NCBI GenBank assembly: GCA_903813345.2
Contig: CAIIXF020000001.1
Span: 2,604,001 to 2,668,000, forward strand
Length of the DNA: 64,000 nucleotides
Direction: 5' to 3'
DNA from: Owenia fusiformis
Taxonomy: Eukaryota
The position numbers were made by a program, and so were the translations under genes. The number at the start of each line of letters is the position of its first letter. The stretch's first letter is position 1. This document shows, in pieces, positions 29,801 through 44,800 of the stretch. Under the pieces are notes generated by a model. The model had not been told where the DNA came from. It saw only the letters and a list, made by a program, of their open reading frames with translations, and searched no databases.

Positions 29801-32800
29801 AAGAACATGAACATAACAAACCCCTGAACACAAAAGGAGCCATTTTTGTAATTATGTTGTAGGAGATTCTATTTTCAAAGAGTCTAAAGATTTTATAAAT
29901 AACATTTTGAATTGTACCCTTCAAAACAGCAGAATACATCTACTCTCTTCTCTTGGCGTCTCATTAAGTCCAGACTGATGATGGCCGGGTAAATGAGCAG
30001 TATGGAACCAAGGTTGAACAGAATCAAAATGGCTGCCTGGAAAACAAATATCATATACATCAGTCAATTAAAAAAATATTTTCAAATGAACATTTTTGCT
30101 ATAAATAATATTATATTAATGGTGTTGTTTATACACCTGGCCTAGCTCTTGTACCTGATGCAAAAGAGGGAGGGTGGGGCACATAGTACAGTATAAGGTA
30201 TATAAATGACACATTATATTTTTATCCAGCTGAAATATACTATTTACATATGTATTTAATTTAGTAGCTTAACAATCCAATAAAAATACATCATACATGG
30301 AAGGTTATCTGTTTAATATCCATTTAATTTACTTTATAAACTTGGTTTAACATGCACATGAAAGCAAGCTGAAACATACATGTAATCCTAGATGTACCCT
30401 ATTCTGTATCTAACTAAGGATTTTATCTTCTCACAAAAGATACTAAAGTGAATAAATCAAAGCAAGCTGTATTTCTGGACATTTATATCATTAGAGAAGT
30501 TCTTTTTCAAGTTTTCACTCAAACCCGTATTACTTTCGCCTTTTGTTATCTTTAATTGCTGCAAATACTTCAAAGGAACCAACTGCAATTACAATTCGGA
30601 TTTTACTTTCATTTATTTCACTCAAATTAGTTTATTTTTACATATGTCAAGTGTCCCACATAAAACAGTAGGACACAGCATACAAATTAGTTTTTGGAAA
30701 TAAAAATTTAATTTCAAGTTTTTGCCATTTGATGATTTTGCATGTTATTCAGATTTAGGGCCAGTTTGTTTCTAATGTACATATACCCATGTATGATGTG
30801 TACTAATGCAGTTATATATTTTGCGCTGATGGTCATATTTTGGACTATTTCTATGGGGTGGTAATTTGGATGCATTTGTGTGAGTTTATATTAGTCTTAG
30901 TACATGGACTGAAAGGGCACCAGTAAGCTCCATTTAGTAAAAAAAATTGTAAAATTCAATAAAATTTCTTTTTATCAGTTGTTTTCTGAGTGAACAATTG
31001 AACAAGTGATCTTGATAGTTGCTCATATAGTATTGTAAATAATATAAGGAAAACATTTTGTGATTAAAATCTTATGACCAAATTTTATAACATAAAATAA
31101 TAAAAATATGAAATGTTTTGCCAGCCCCAATATTAAATGAACTGATAACGAACAGAAAGACATGTTATAAATTCATGCGTGATAGTCATCTACACATACA
31201 TAAGTTGTCCCTTTTATGACAATGTACTGGCGCCTTGTTCTTAGTGAACCCTTTTAGAGTATTCATGACTTGTTTAGGAACTTTGTAGTCCTCATAACTG
31301 TTACTCATATCCTCAGTGCTTATGGCTAATGCATGTTTTCGACTAATGTATGTTTTCGTGCATTCTTTATTGAACTTTGTTTGCATGGATTTGTATGAAT
31401 ATTTTTACAAATTGTGATTTTCTTGAAAACTATTTTCTCATGGCTTGTATGAAGGGAGAGCCGACCAGCCGTGAGAGGTGTTATATAAGGCTTATTTTAA
31501 TTTATATAAAGCTTATTCAAAATTATATAAGGCTTATTCAATTGATCTAAAGAGATTTCAAGGGGTATCTCCACCAGGGCATCAGATCACATAACACAGC
31601 TATGTAACATTGTCCCAAGTCTTTCATTACTTGATCAACATTCTCAAAGAAAACCATCCTAACTACAGACCATCAAACAAAACAAGGATAAAAGAAATTG
31701 AATATTTAATAGATTTTTATTGATACTGAATCCTATTTCAGTTCATTTAAACAATGTGGCTAAAGCATCAAACTGGACCTGATGAATTTTAAACAGGTTT
31801 TATCCTAAGCATATGGATATTCAAATTGAGGTAAAAATAATTGATTTTAATCAAGTTGGTTGAAATGGGATCTGTTCGGTTGATTGTAATTGTAATTATC
31901 AAAGTGATTATATTGCGACCACCCAAGTTGTATTGAGACCTCCATATGCATTTCAGTTCTCTCCTAATGATGACTACTGTCATGTTGAAATTTGGTGATA
32001 GTGATTTAACGGCCATCTGAATCAATGTACACCAAACTGATCACCTGAGTGTCACCAATATACAATAAAATCTCTATATTTCACCAAAGGGTATTGTTTC
32101 AGCGCTGACAACTGAATAATTTTTTCCTCCAGTTAAAACTGCAGGACATAAGAATGTCAAACTAGCCATCAATTTTCACTTTAGTTAGTTTAGCGAAATG
32201 GGAATTTAAATATCGCCAGTGGGTAAAATATGAAGTTTCGTCAAAACTATTCTAGCCAACATAGTTAGTACTCCATGTCCACTTTTGATCTATGTTTTTA
32301 AGTGCTATAAGCCATTTACTTAAACAATTTATTCAACATTAATATTTCATCAATGTTAAAAAACCCGCTATGGTCAATGGATTCAAGTTTTCTTTCCTTG
32401 AAGCAAAGAATAACTTAGAACTGTACAGAGCATATTCATGAATTTCGCAAAACACTTTGAGCCAACTGAAAACATTATCTCAGTTCAAAACAACTTTAGA
32501 TTTAATAGCTACCACCCAAACTAACGCATCAATTTCTTGGCTAAAAAGGTGAAATCCAAGTGATTTGTTAATTATTCATAGCACAATCAAGGAGTCTCTA
32601 AAGAAGACCACTTATCATCTTACATAAAAAAAAAACAATTCTATACCTTCAATCGGTTAACTTCTCTTATCACTTGAAGGAAAGTCAATAACTGTAGACC
32701 CAATATCATTTGAGATACTTAAAAAGCTAATCTTTGTAAACTTCAATGAGTAAAGCTCTTCCCTTAATAGCTCTAACTGGGTGGTCCAACAAACTGAATT

Positions 32801-35800
32801 TCATATTTTATCTGTTTGGCACATTCATAGTTGAAGTTAAGTTACTAAATATGCTCATACTTAAAACTTCATTACTCATTTTTATTTCAGTGCATTTCTC
32901 AAAAAATGTTTGTATAACCAAATGATAAAGTTGAATTTTTACGACAAGCTAAGATCTTTTAACATTTTCTTTTCGAACTGCTCTTGTTCATTCTTCTATT
33001 ATAATCTATGTCAAATTAAGAAACTGATCAGGCAGACTTATTACAAATGGGAAATGGTATACCAGTTAACTCTAACTTATATTTAAACTCTAACTTATAT
33101 TCAAACTCTAACTTATATTAAACTCAGATTGTAAACAATCAAATACAGTACATTGAAAATAAATTAACACCAGTAATTTAAATATATCTGTGTCAATACA
33201 TAATTTGTCTTGTCCCGCCTCCACCCAGTCTGGTTCTGGTTGCTATCCAGAAGTACACCATCCATCAAAACAATCATCACTTACAGATATGGATGGCATT
33301 CAATATATATTTACCTACATCCAAACAAACGTCTTTTACATAATAGTTAGAATTACACAAATGGTTTAATTGCTTCTCTACAAATATTTTGTCAAAAAAG
33401 CAATTCAACCAATGATTTGAAGAGAACGTAAGACGTACCTGTAGAGCAAATGCCCGCAATGCTGGGATCGGAATTATGGCTGCCATGAAGAAAGCACACG
33501 CGTTGCTAAGCGATGTAATGAGAACACTGACTCCTGTTCGCTTCAGACATTCACCTGTTTGATCCTGGAAAAGTTAATAAATATTCTACATGTATGTGAA
33601 CTGATTTGATTTTAATATATACATGTTTACTTGTTTCAATTTTAATTAATCATTTTTTCACAGTATATAGAATAGTTGGATCGCAATAATAAAAGCTTAT
33701 TTGTTACAGGTTATATCGGTGCAGTATTTTTTATATTAATATACTTACTCTGCTTAAGAAATGCCAGCATTAAAACAAATTAGATTCGCATGATTAGAAA
33801 CAGATATTATTAAAAACAGCATCTGCTAAACATTAAGGATTTCAGTAATGTGAGGAATAGAATTTGTGAAATCAGATTTTACAAAAGTTTTGATTTCAAA
33901 CATAGCACTAAGTGAACCTTTTGCTATTTTGCATAAATATGAATGAAAAACACGTCAAGATATTGCATGCTAAATTAGACGAACTCATCATGTGCAATTA
34001 TATTCACATGTGGCATAGTCAAGTTATGGAAAATGTTTTATATTACACAGGATTATCTAGTGGAAGTTAAATAGCAGTTTAATAGTAGGATTATCCCTTT
34101 GAATATCACATTTTAATCCAAAATTCAAAATAAATGCATGATCCCTACTTCCTTGTGCCTTAATTAAGAATACTATATTCTCATCATTGCTTAATTTTTT
34201 TGAGTTAACTGTTAAATAAGTTTGAATATGCAATAGGGGCAGATGGGACCAATCATACATGAGACACAATTTCCCTTTGAAGTGAACTTCAACTGTCATT
34301 GTGTTAAGCTTACAAGATTAACATCCAGCAGTCAATTTAATAAGCCATTACACCTATCATAAAACAGCTTGCTGGGCAAAACGTTATATAAAAATGAAAA
34401 TTGTATAAATGAATTCTGATATGATTTTTCCACGATTTAAACTAATGCTCCTTTTACATATGAACATGGTAAAACATGTGAAAAAATAAACAGTAAAAAT
34501 AGAAAGTAACAAAAACATTTGAAAATAAATCTTTAAAGCATACAATAAATGACATAAATACTTGACCAGGGGATGTCAGTTGTTCGGTTATTTCAGACTA
34601 GATGATATCTGACCAAGACAAATGTCAAAATAGCAGTTTTAACGTCCATTTACTGAGTGCCAGATTTTCAGAAAAGACAATTTAGATGATTAATGGCCAT
34701 TTTGAAACAACCAGAAAACAAATAAAATGTGAACAGCCAAGTAAGGTAAAATTAAAAAATACGACTCTACCTACATTTATTGTACATGGTGATTATGACA
34801 GACTACAAATTCATTAAAGTTAAAACAAAAATTGCGAAATTTCACAATAATGCTTGCATCAATTCAGTGAAAAACTTTAAAATTTTGCCGCCTCTTAGCA
34901 ACATAAAATATGGGTGCAAATGTATTGGTCATCGTGAGATCATTGGAAAATCTACAATTACTGGGATTTTTATTCACCCCCCTCCCTCACTTAAACACAC
35001 ATACTCCGTGTCAGATTCATCAAATCATTCACACTAAATTAACACAATTCAGGTGCTGCATATTGTATTTATGGCAACATACAAAACAGATACTGAATGT
35101 GAATTCCATACCTAAATAGCTGTATAAAATATATGGACAGAATGTCAGAGATTCAGGCCAAGAATATCAAGATAGAGCTATGGTCTGATCTGAGTGAGCT
35201 GTTTCTGCTAATCCAGACTTAGATTTGTTTCCTGAACCTATCAACTCCCAGAGGTACCTGACAGGTGGTACTAGTTCAGAGGATGCCTATAGATTACTCA
35301 GATAAAGCCTTATGAGTTGATATTGGTTAGAGATATATATATGGCCAGAGTCAGTGTGGTCAGGTTAGGCTAGTTTATATCTAAGACCACCTCGGAGAAT
35401 CAGTTATCCTTCAGTATCTCAGATTCTAAACATATCATTTCTAGCCAGAAAACACAATCAGCTTTTACAAATAACCATTTCTTGATTCTTGAGGTACTTC
35501 TGTAAACATCTGAAGTTGTTTATAATTTGATAAAAGCTTAAACAAGTCAAGTCTCTAAAACCATAATCTAACCACTCTATATTTAACCAAGTTATCCAGA
35601 TGTACACAGTTTCAAATTTTTGAAAAATTAATGCCTAACGTCAAGTTAAAGTGTTGTGCTTTGCTGTATCATTTGGCATCTTATGTCTTTACCACAATTA
35701 CTGGCCAAGGGTCAAACTGACAGCAGATTCTTCAATGAAAGGAAATACAGCCATTTCTTAATGTTCCATGAACCACAAATATTTTAATATCTCCAATACA

Positions 35801-38800
35801 GTGTCCTCAAGTGTTTGGAGTTAAGGTTCATATCACACTTTCATACAAAAGCGTTCCATTAGATTCTCGCCACATTCACTCATTGGTACTTTCTACATTG
35901 ACTTCATTCATAAACCTACTTAAACGACAACTGAATTTAACTTACCATATATGGTATGTCATCTTTACGACTGTTTTCAGCAAATGTGAGGGCGATAAGG
36001 AACATATCATCTACTCCTAATCCAAGGGCCAAGAAGGGTATTATCTGTAAAAACAGTTAAAATCGTATAAATGTAAGCTTGTACATATATAATGTTCACC
36101 ATAATAAAGCTTCATATATATATTGAAATGTTATTTTCAGAAGGAATAATCAAAATTGATAATTAGAACTATTAGTACTTGATTTTGTTAAATTAGAAAT
36201 TCTATGAAAGTGTAAAACACATTTTCTAGGGCCTAACCTGTGTTGTAGATGCGTTGAACCCTATCTGGAATACTGAACAAAGTCCGAGCCCTGCTGCGAC
36301 TGACAACGCCACCAATAGAACCCCAGCGATACCAATGCCACTCTGCGAGTAGATGGCATCGTTCCACCTCAACAGTGATATAGCTGCATATACCAACTGC
36401 AAATAACAGAAAAATGTAGCATTTATAAAATATCACATAAATATAAACAATATGAGATATTCTGAAGTGTGAGAAACCAGGGGTACAATGAGGGGTGAAA
36501 TCATGGGGACTTACCATAAGGCAGTAGCCGAGAGCAACCCTGACAATGCTGACCTCAGAAAACTGTTCCAAGATATCAGTAAGGGATATTGAAGAGAAAG
36601 AATAGACATTGTCCTGCATGGTCTCATTCAGTACCTTGTTAACAACCTAAAACACAGTAAATACATAAATGTCATTAATGTCAGTTTTAACATAATTGGG
36701 CTTTGCTACTTTAATTATTCTCCTGTTCTAATCATCATTGTAAATCTATCAACATTATAAGTGAAAACTTTATCGTTTTTGTAGCAATACAAACTTTCAA
36801 TGAAGAGATCTTGTGATGGACTACCAGGTTCATATTTTATGATAACTCAGAGAATGAACACACTAAAAGATGCATTAATGTATCAGTAGAGCAATAAAGC
36901 AGACTGGTATACTTCAATATCATACAAAATCAGATAATTCTCAAATTAGGTTTCAAATAATAAAAAAAAGATGAAATATTGAGGGAAACTGAGTGTGGTC
37001 TAACAATTAGACACCACCTCCAAGTCTGATGGTACACTCTCATAATCATTAATAAAGATTATGATTCTTATTATGTGTCTGCTCATAATGATGTACTTCC
37101 CAAGCAGATAGCATCAATACATGATCTCCATATACTACAGTACATACTCTATTATCAAAATGATTCAAAACTGGCTGCCTGGTGAACAAAAATTGGCAAT
37201 TCATCTACACTTCTTTCTTAGGAAGATGCAACCTATCAACCCCCATCATAGGATTAACAATATTTCTGTAGAGTTAACAGATTACATATCTCGTACCCAG
37301 TAGACTGTGACCCCCAACCACCTATTCTATGACAATGTGTAAGAGAGTATAGGAGAGAAAGGTGGGCAAAACTGGAGCTTGATGATTAAAGATATAAAAC
37401 TTCACAAAATGTTACTTACAGAGGTATATTCTCTCTGCCACTTTTCCAGGACTTTCCTGGCAGCTTCCTGACTCCATTCTATGTTGTTGACTTTGTAGTC
37501 GTCAAGGTAATGCTCATACATATTTTTCTCTCCCATCAGCCGCACGATGGACTGAAGTGCCCCAGCCCTGCAACATATAAATTTAAAAATAAAATGAACA
37601 ATATCAACCATAACAAAAAGAAATAATCTGAATATGATACTAATCAAAAAGCAATGTATTTGGTAAGGAAACATAGTTGGTCAATTTCCTTGGAAACTAA
37701 ATATATTATTTTAGATATGAGTGGGAGGGATAGATAAAGCACCATAGCAACAGAATATTTCATATCTCAGGTTATTTGCAAGACTTCTATATTTTTACAG
37801 TGGATTATTATCAGTGAACCCAGTCTGATCAGCTGTATGTAAAAGTACTATGTTACATTACAGAAGACATGTTAGGTATCATGCCTGCCAGTTAAAGGAC
37901 CAATCTACTCTTTTTGCAGTGATACAACACACAACACTTAGGGCCTACACCCCCATATGGCATATACACAATACAATGTACACTATTATATCATAAATCT
38001 CTATGCTTTTCACCCCCATAGAGGCACATCCATCTAAGTCACAAAATATCCAATTTTTTATCACACTTAACTTTCCAATGGTACATCTTTATTTCTCAAC
38101 TGTTCAGTGTAAGAAAACAAGTTTGTAAAATAGGTTTTGTTTTTAAATGATGAAGAAATCTGCTTTTCTTCCTCTGTGAGAAACGTGAGTTATCACCACT
38201 GATCCTACACAGAGCTAAGGCCAGATAAGAAACAGAGTTTACACGGCCCCTTTAACAGTTTTCAATGTTGTTGCCCATGATTTTAACCTATTTCCTTATT
38301 TATACCCATTTATTATGGAATGAATAACATTCAATATTCAATGTAGATGTCAGAGATCAACTAGGAATGTAAACCCAAAGAATAAACATGTCACGGTGTA
38401 ATTTATCAAACTTCTCAGCCTAGATACTACTACATTGCTCTTGATATTATACAAAAACAACAGCCAATTGGACATCACGCTATAGTAGTAGAAAGGATAT
38501 CTTTGAAATTCAAATTCAAATCCTGTATGTATTCTACACTGCCAAATATATTTTGGATGGAATTGGATGTTCAATTCAATTAAGTTCCGGAGAATTTGCA
38601 TAATGTCATTTCTCGTAGAATTAAAGGTTGCATCTATGAAATAAATAAAGTATTTTATCGAAAAGGTTGATACTATCAAATTCTCTTCATTTTCACATGT
38701 TCTTTATTTAATTTAATTTAATATTTCTTTTATTTATTGGTTTTCAGTGATATATCTTCTTCGTATAGATACAAAAGTCAGGTCATGTTAAGAAACTAAA

Positions 38801-41800
38801 AATTGTTAATAAGCGAATATCAAATGCAATGGATTTTCTGATAATGGAGAGTTTGTCAAAAACTTTGAAAAAGTGAAAACCACCACCTACACCACACATA
38901 TACCACCAAATAGGATATAGCTGACCTATGTTGTGGGAGGAAGAAATATGGACTTTAATTTACATGTTATAAACACATTGAATTTCTCTGCAAGGGATTT
39001 TTCTAAATTGTTTATTCTTTGTGGCACATGACAAATAAATATTGAATTAAGTTACAATTTTGCAAAATAGAAACATTCATATCTCTCGGATTTAATAATC
39101 AAGTATGATTCTTTACACGCAGGTGCTTGGCCTTTGCATCTTGCGTTCTGTTTTACATGCCATTTGCCATTCCACTTTCTCTTTAAAAGAAACTTATGTC
39201 ACGTTATCTGGGTTATTACCCCTAAAATTATCCTGCCAATTGCTATATAGGCAAAATCAGCCTGACTGCATTCAACAAAAAAATATTTTTCTTTTGGTGC
39301 CTGAAGTTTCCACATGTAACTAGTTCATTCTGTGTTAAACTAGAATGTACCTGATTGGCACAAATACTCTTTTAAGTCTTTACAACCAATATTACATACT
39401 CCCAAGAGTAAGCACGCACAAACTGAAACTCAACAAACCAACAAAAGTGGACTGTATTTCCATTCTATTAACTGTAGGTGGGCTTGGCTGATATCACTAA
39501 CAACTTGAATGAGAATGATGGAGCGATAGTTTACCTGTAGCCACTATCCGTGACCTTTATATGCTAGCTTCACAGGCGCGTATTTCATTTATGAAAAGTA
39601 AACATTAGAGTAAGCCCAGCATTGTGGGACTGACAAACAGGCAAAGCCTAAAGATAACACGAGGCTCTATAACTGACATACACTCTACTTAAATTGTATC
39701 AACTAGTAATACTCCCAAGATTATCAAAATTTAAAATTCAATGAAGGGTTGTAAAATCACAATTTGCTGTTAAGTTTGAAAAACTTTCTGCTTTTCATTC
39801 AAGAATTCTTCGCAGTGGATGTTTACTACCCGTATTGATATCTACACGCTATTCATTTCTGAATGTTTTATTTGCACTGAAATTTATGAGAAAGTAAACC
39901 ATTGAAAAATATATTTTGTGAATGGGGTAGACAAGTTGTATTAATGCAGAGGGAGTGCGTAAACACCTGTGTAGGAACATCAACCTTCTACCACACACTG
40001 TTACTAACAGCTATATACACAACACATCACAAACAAGCTAGCTTCCTATATCAGGAGGTTTACTCTCATTCAAACCCCTCTGACAGATCACTATCTGTTA
40101 CTCAGACAATCAATTCTGGAATCTCTAGTCTATGTTAAAAATCCAACTTGACATCCGCATTAATTATGCTGGACAGGCCACACTCTCCTTTAGTCTCTTA
40201 TGAACGGAGAATATTATGATTTGAATTAAAACAACTTGATATGGTGAAAACTGTCACCTACCTGAATATGTAGCCATTTTTATTCTTCTGAGCGCCCCCT
40301 ATAATGAGGTCTTCTTCCCAGTGCATGTATTTAGAGGCAAACCCACTACATCCCCCAGTTACCTCTGACCCAACATTAGGGATCTGAAAAAATAAAAAAT
40401 AGAATTTACGATCAAAAATATTTATAATTGATGTTTTATTATATTGTACATCAAAATTTAATAAATCATACATTGAAAATTCTTAGAAACGTTTTTCCCA
40501 GTTTTATAGATATTCATCCCTTTTTAAAAAAAAACATTGAAAGGAGTTTTCATATCTTGCTATGATATACAATAGGATGTTGGATTTTATATGTGAAGGC
40601 ACTGAATGGCAGTATTCATTGACGTAGGTCTTGTGCCCTCTTCACAATAAAGCGTGAATGTCCATCATGCCTAAGATGTGAATGAAATAAGCTATAGCTT
40701 ATAGATTGCTCAATGCCCCAGTCAATCAAACGCCTGTCGAAAGCTGTCAAATATGCACCGATTGACCGGGAAGCTTCATTGCTGAATGTTTAACAGAAGT
40801 ATACATGCTGATTTGTTGTTTATCACAAATATTAAGAGATGTGTTTCGAAACAATTTGAATCTCAAACTTGTATGATATAGTTATATATATACATTTCCA
40901 ATCTCTAATTTGTTTGTTATAGTAAACTTCCCTTTAGAGGGGAAAAGCCCCAATTTTCTTACCTGCTTGTCGTGATAGTTAGGAGCTGTTTGGGGACAAT
41001 CCTCATCTGTGGGATTTAGACAGGGTTTTTCTTGATATGCACTTGTTATCCCAGCCTGAAATAACCATAGGATAAATTAATACACCATATGATATGTGAT
41101 ATATTTCATTATATACTTGAAAATAAATATTAACCTAAAATTATAGATAAATTGAAATATAATCATCATTTGAATAAGTTGTATTGCAGATATACTGACC
41201 CTTTGTAACATTTCCTCTATTGTATCAGATGGGAAGGGGATCTCTAAATCTTTCAGTTCCTGCACAAGCTGTTTAGGGTTCAAGTTGGCCCATGTTATAC
41301 GGTTCATACCCCTAAAAACATAACATGAAACACACCTTAGAATAACATTGATTTCAATGGCGTGACAAAATTGAAATGTATGATTTGATTGATCAAGCAT
41401 TGATCAATTCAGGGGAGCATTATAAATAAGAATGGTGTGATTTTATAATGCTGTGTACCACACAGTGGTACAAGAACACCATAGCACTAGCTCAACCAGC
41501 CTCATTAACTAACATAAAAATAACCTCTCTTACAATTTGTTTATTGAAGTAACACTCAAGGGACAAATAAGAATATGATTTTAGAAAATGGCACTCACAA
41601 AGTTTTATATAATCAAAAGGAAGTATGGTTGTTCTGATAATGTTATATGTAGAACTTGTTTCATAGAATATTGTTCATGTTTTAGGGAGAAATAACGAAT
41701 TGCTTGCAAGAACTGGGCCACCAAAGATAAACTATGATCTGTCTTTTCTTTAAAGCTCACTCTAATCATATTTATTTTTCTGCCTCTTTATAAATAAAGC

Positions 41801-44800
41801 CTTAATGAAACATCTGATTTCCTTGCATTTCTTCACTTTATTGTGTTTCTTCATCCTCATCTGTTATTCCTCCCCCTTGTTTTGATTGATTCTGTTAGGC
41901 AAGGAGGCACATTCCCCGCTGTGATATTTTATTCCAAGATTTGGAGGTGAACCTTACACCATACTGCCTAGTTCTTGCAGAATCTGGTTAGAGTTCCCGA
42001 ACACAAAACATACCTTCAAGACATCTACCTCAAATAGCACACCACTGAATTCTAATTTAAAAGTAGATCTCTGGCAAGTGCAGAAAATAAAACATTCACT
42101 CTTTTCACCAGTGAATTCAGATCTAAGGAGTTCCAACGGTTCATGAATCAATTGACAACTGCTCACTCCAAAAGTCAAATTAATTAACTAAAATGACAAT
42201 ATACTTTCATTTAATCCCATTCTTTCAAGCTAAGATGAAACGTTATACTGATTTTGAGATTGTTGCCTATGAATGTTAAGTGCATTGCTTAGTGGCTAAG
42301 GATGCCTGAGATATGGGTACCACCCAGGCCAACACTTCAGAAGTCCGCATTCTTACCAAGTTTACTGCCAAATCACAAAATAGCTGTCTAACCATCCACT
42401 TCATTATGTTATGCCCCCTTATGGCTGACGTAGATTCAGAATTAACTGATAAACTTATAATATAACAAACTAACTTCTTAGGAATTAATTTTTTACATTC
42501 ATTTCTAGAACAGCTTACAAAATTGATTAAATACCTATCTACAATTCCATATTTCATTACATTTATGAATAATGAGAATGTTATGCCCAAAGTTCATTTA
42601 CTTAAATAATCAAATCACATAGCTCAAGTCTTTGTCTACAATAGACTTTTTCAAATGCAGCAAAGCTATCGTTTCCTGTTTTATATTTAAGAATGGCTTA
42701 ATTTTGATGTTCAGCAACTGATTTTCTGTATGTGTGTTGACATAGATCTATCCAGGGGGATTTGAACATAGATTCTCATATGATTAGCTTGTATGAGGAA
42801 GTGAACAAGCATGTCTAAAATGATCTTATCGTGCATCTTACCACTTTGGGAAAGTTGCATGTATACATGGATGATCATCTCAACAGTGAACAAGATGTTA
42901 TATAACTGGTATACAGGCTACAAACAAGCCAAGTGCAGTGTTTACTGCCTATATAAACATCATTAATATATGGATTCTAACACCAGTTAGGGTCAGTAGG
43001 TGTTCCGTGGATCAACATTTCGCAAACTATTCACAGCAGACTCAGTCAGCGGCTGGCATTTGCCTTTGATTTACTTATTCAGCCTGACCTACCAATGCAG
43101 TTGATTCTACATATTCAAACACTATTCAAATCGGCCACACAAATCAACTTAATCATTGATTCTTATGCAGTCATTTAATCAGTTTATAATTCTAGTTTTG
43201 CTGATAACTTATTTAATTTTATACTCTTTTCCATTACCTATTTACCAAATGTGTGAAATTATTGCAATTTATGATTTTTCCATCTCAACAGTATGCTTCA
43301 ATGGTAAGATCACTATATGAGATGAACCCATGTACAATTAAAACCTTCTAAACCAGATGGGACAAATTTTGAGACAAATTAGAGTAACATTCCCTTGAGT
43401 AGTGAATGGCCACCCAATGTAATATCTTTCAAATTAGTCAAACGAGACACTGAATCTGTTTACCCCAATAATACAGAACCAAAGGCTGAAGTCAGAACCT
43501 GGCCTGTATAAAGTACTGACAGATATGTGCCAGCCAAGAGAGACCTACTCTATCTAGGTGCATGGTAAAAGGCTTTCATTTCAGCCAGGTTGCTCTTGAA
43601 GTTATCACAAACAATAAACCAACCTAAGTTGTTTCTAGGAACATGTTACAAGGTCCCGAAATTTAACATTTGATTTCTGGAGGATTTCCTCAGAAGTTGA
43701 TTAGTTCAATGTTGGTGGTCTCACTGAGCTGATTTGTTTACATATTTACAACATTGCAGATCCTGGTTTGTATTAGAGGAGATTAGGCCTTAATCTGCTT
43801 TCTATATAATTCAAAGATGGGATTCTGTGATGTGCTAGACATATCAATAAACTGGAGGAAGGAACTTTATTTTTGTTAGCATATACAATAATCCCATTTT
43901 GATTTGACTGAAGGAGTATACTGATTAACAACAACTTATGAAACACTCAGCCATCATTTTAGGATCTTTATATTTTTTCTCTTTAAATACCTCTTTAAGA
44001 TTTATGTATAAGGTCTTCTCTGGCCATATTGACTGAGCAAATAATAAAACATATAATACAATAATTATCTCGTCAACATCCATTGAGCAACACATTATCA
44101 TATGTCCTTCAGACTAATATGGAAAAGAAATTTGGCAGTTTTTTGTGGTTTTGGTAAAATCAAGTAGGTATATTTGAATGTCCATAGAGCATATATGGTA
44201 CTTGACCTGTACATTGCAGGTATGCTGAACCAAGGGGGTCCTATAATGACCAAGTAAAGAACAAAGGTTCATCCCAGGTTCAATGTGATTTATTTTTTCT
44301 GAGCCCTTAAATTATTTGCAAACAATGAATGTGTATAATGAATCTCTATGATAATTTATTACGTACAAAAGCTGACTTATGATATATGCACTAAGTATTT
44401 TTTATATCTTGCACTTTTAGTAGATTCTTATCAAGTGTTGATGTCATTCCGCAAGGGGATACTTGCACATAGCATGAGACAGTGTCCATTTCAAATATCA
44501 AATTAGTCACTCGTCCTATTCATAAAAAATAATTATTTCAGAAATTGAAAGTAATTTTTCTTTTTATGAATATGCTGTGTGTAGTTAAGTCAGTAATGAT
44601 CTTCAGTGAAAAATGAATATCAACTTAAGGTATAAGAAATATCTCATTATAACAGTGCTTTACAAAACTCAGTTAAATTGTAACACGACCAAATCTAAGG
44701 TGTTTCACACAGTTGAAATCAGTCATATGATCAGAACTGACCAATCATATGTTGCTCACACTAGACAAATCAGTGGTCAGTGATGCAGTATGTGCCTCCA

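Noticed and set aside
40590-40790. Short imperfect inverted repeats in a ptc intron
   Set aside because: They are too degenerate to define an element or an RNA structure.
41954-42590. Intronic ORFs of 74-104 aa
   Set aside because: They show no recognisable motif, and the ptc frame is complete without them.
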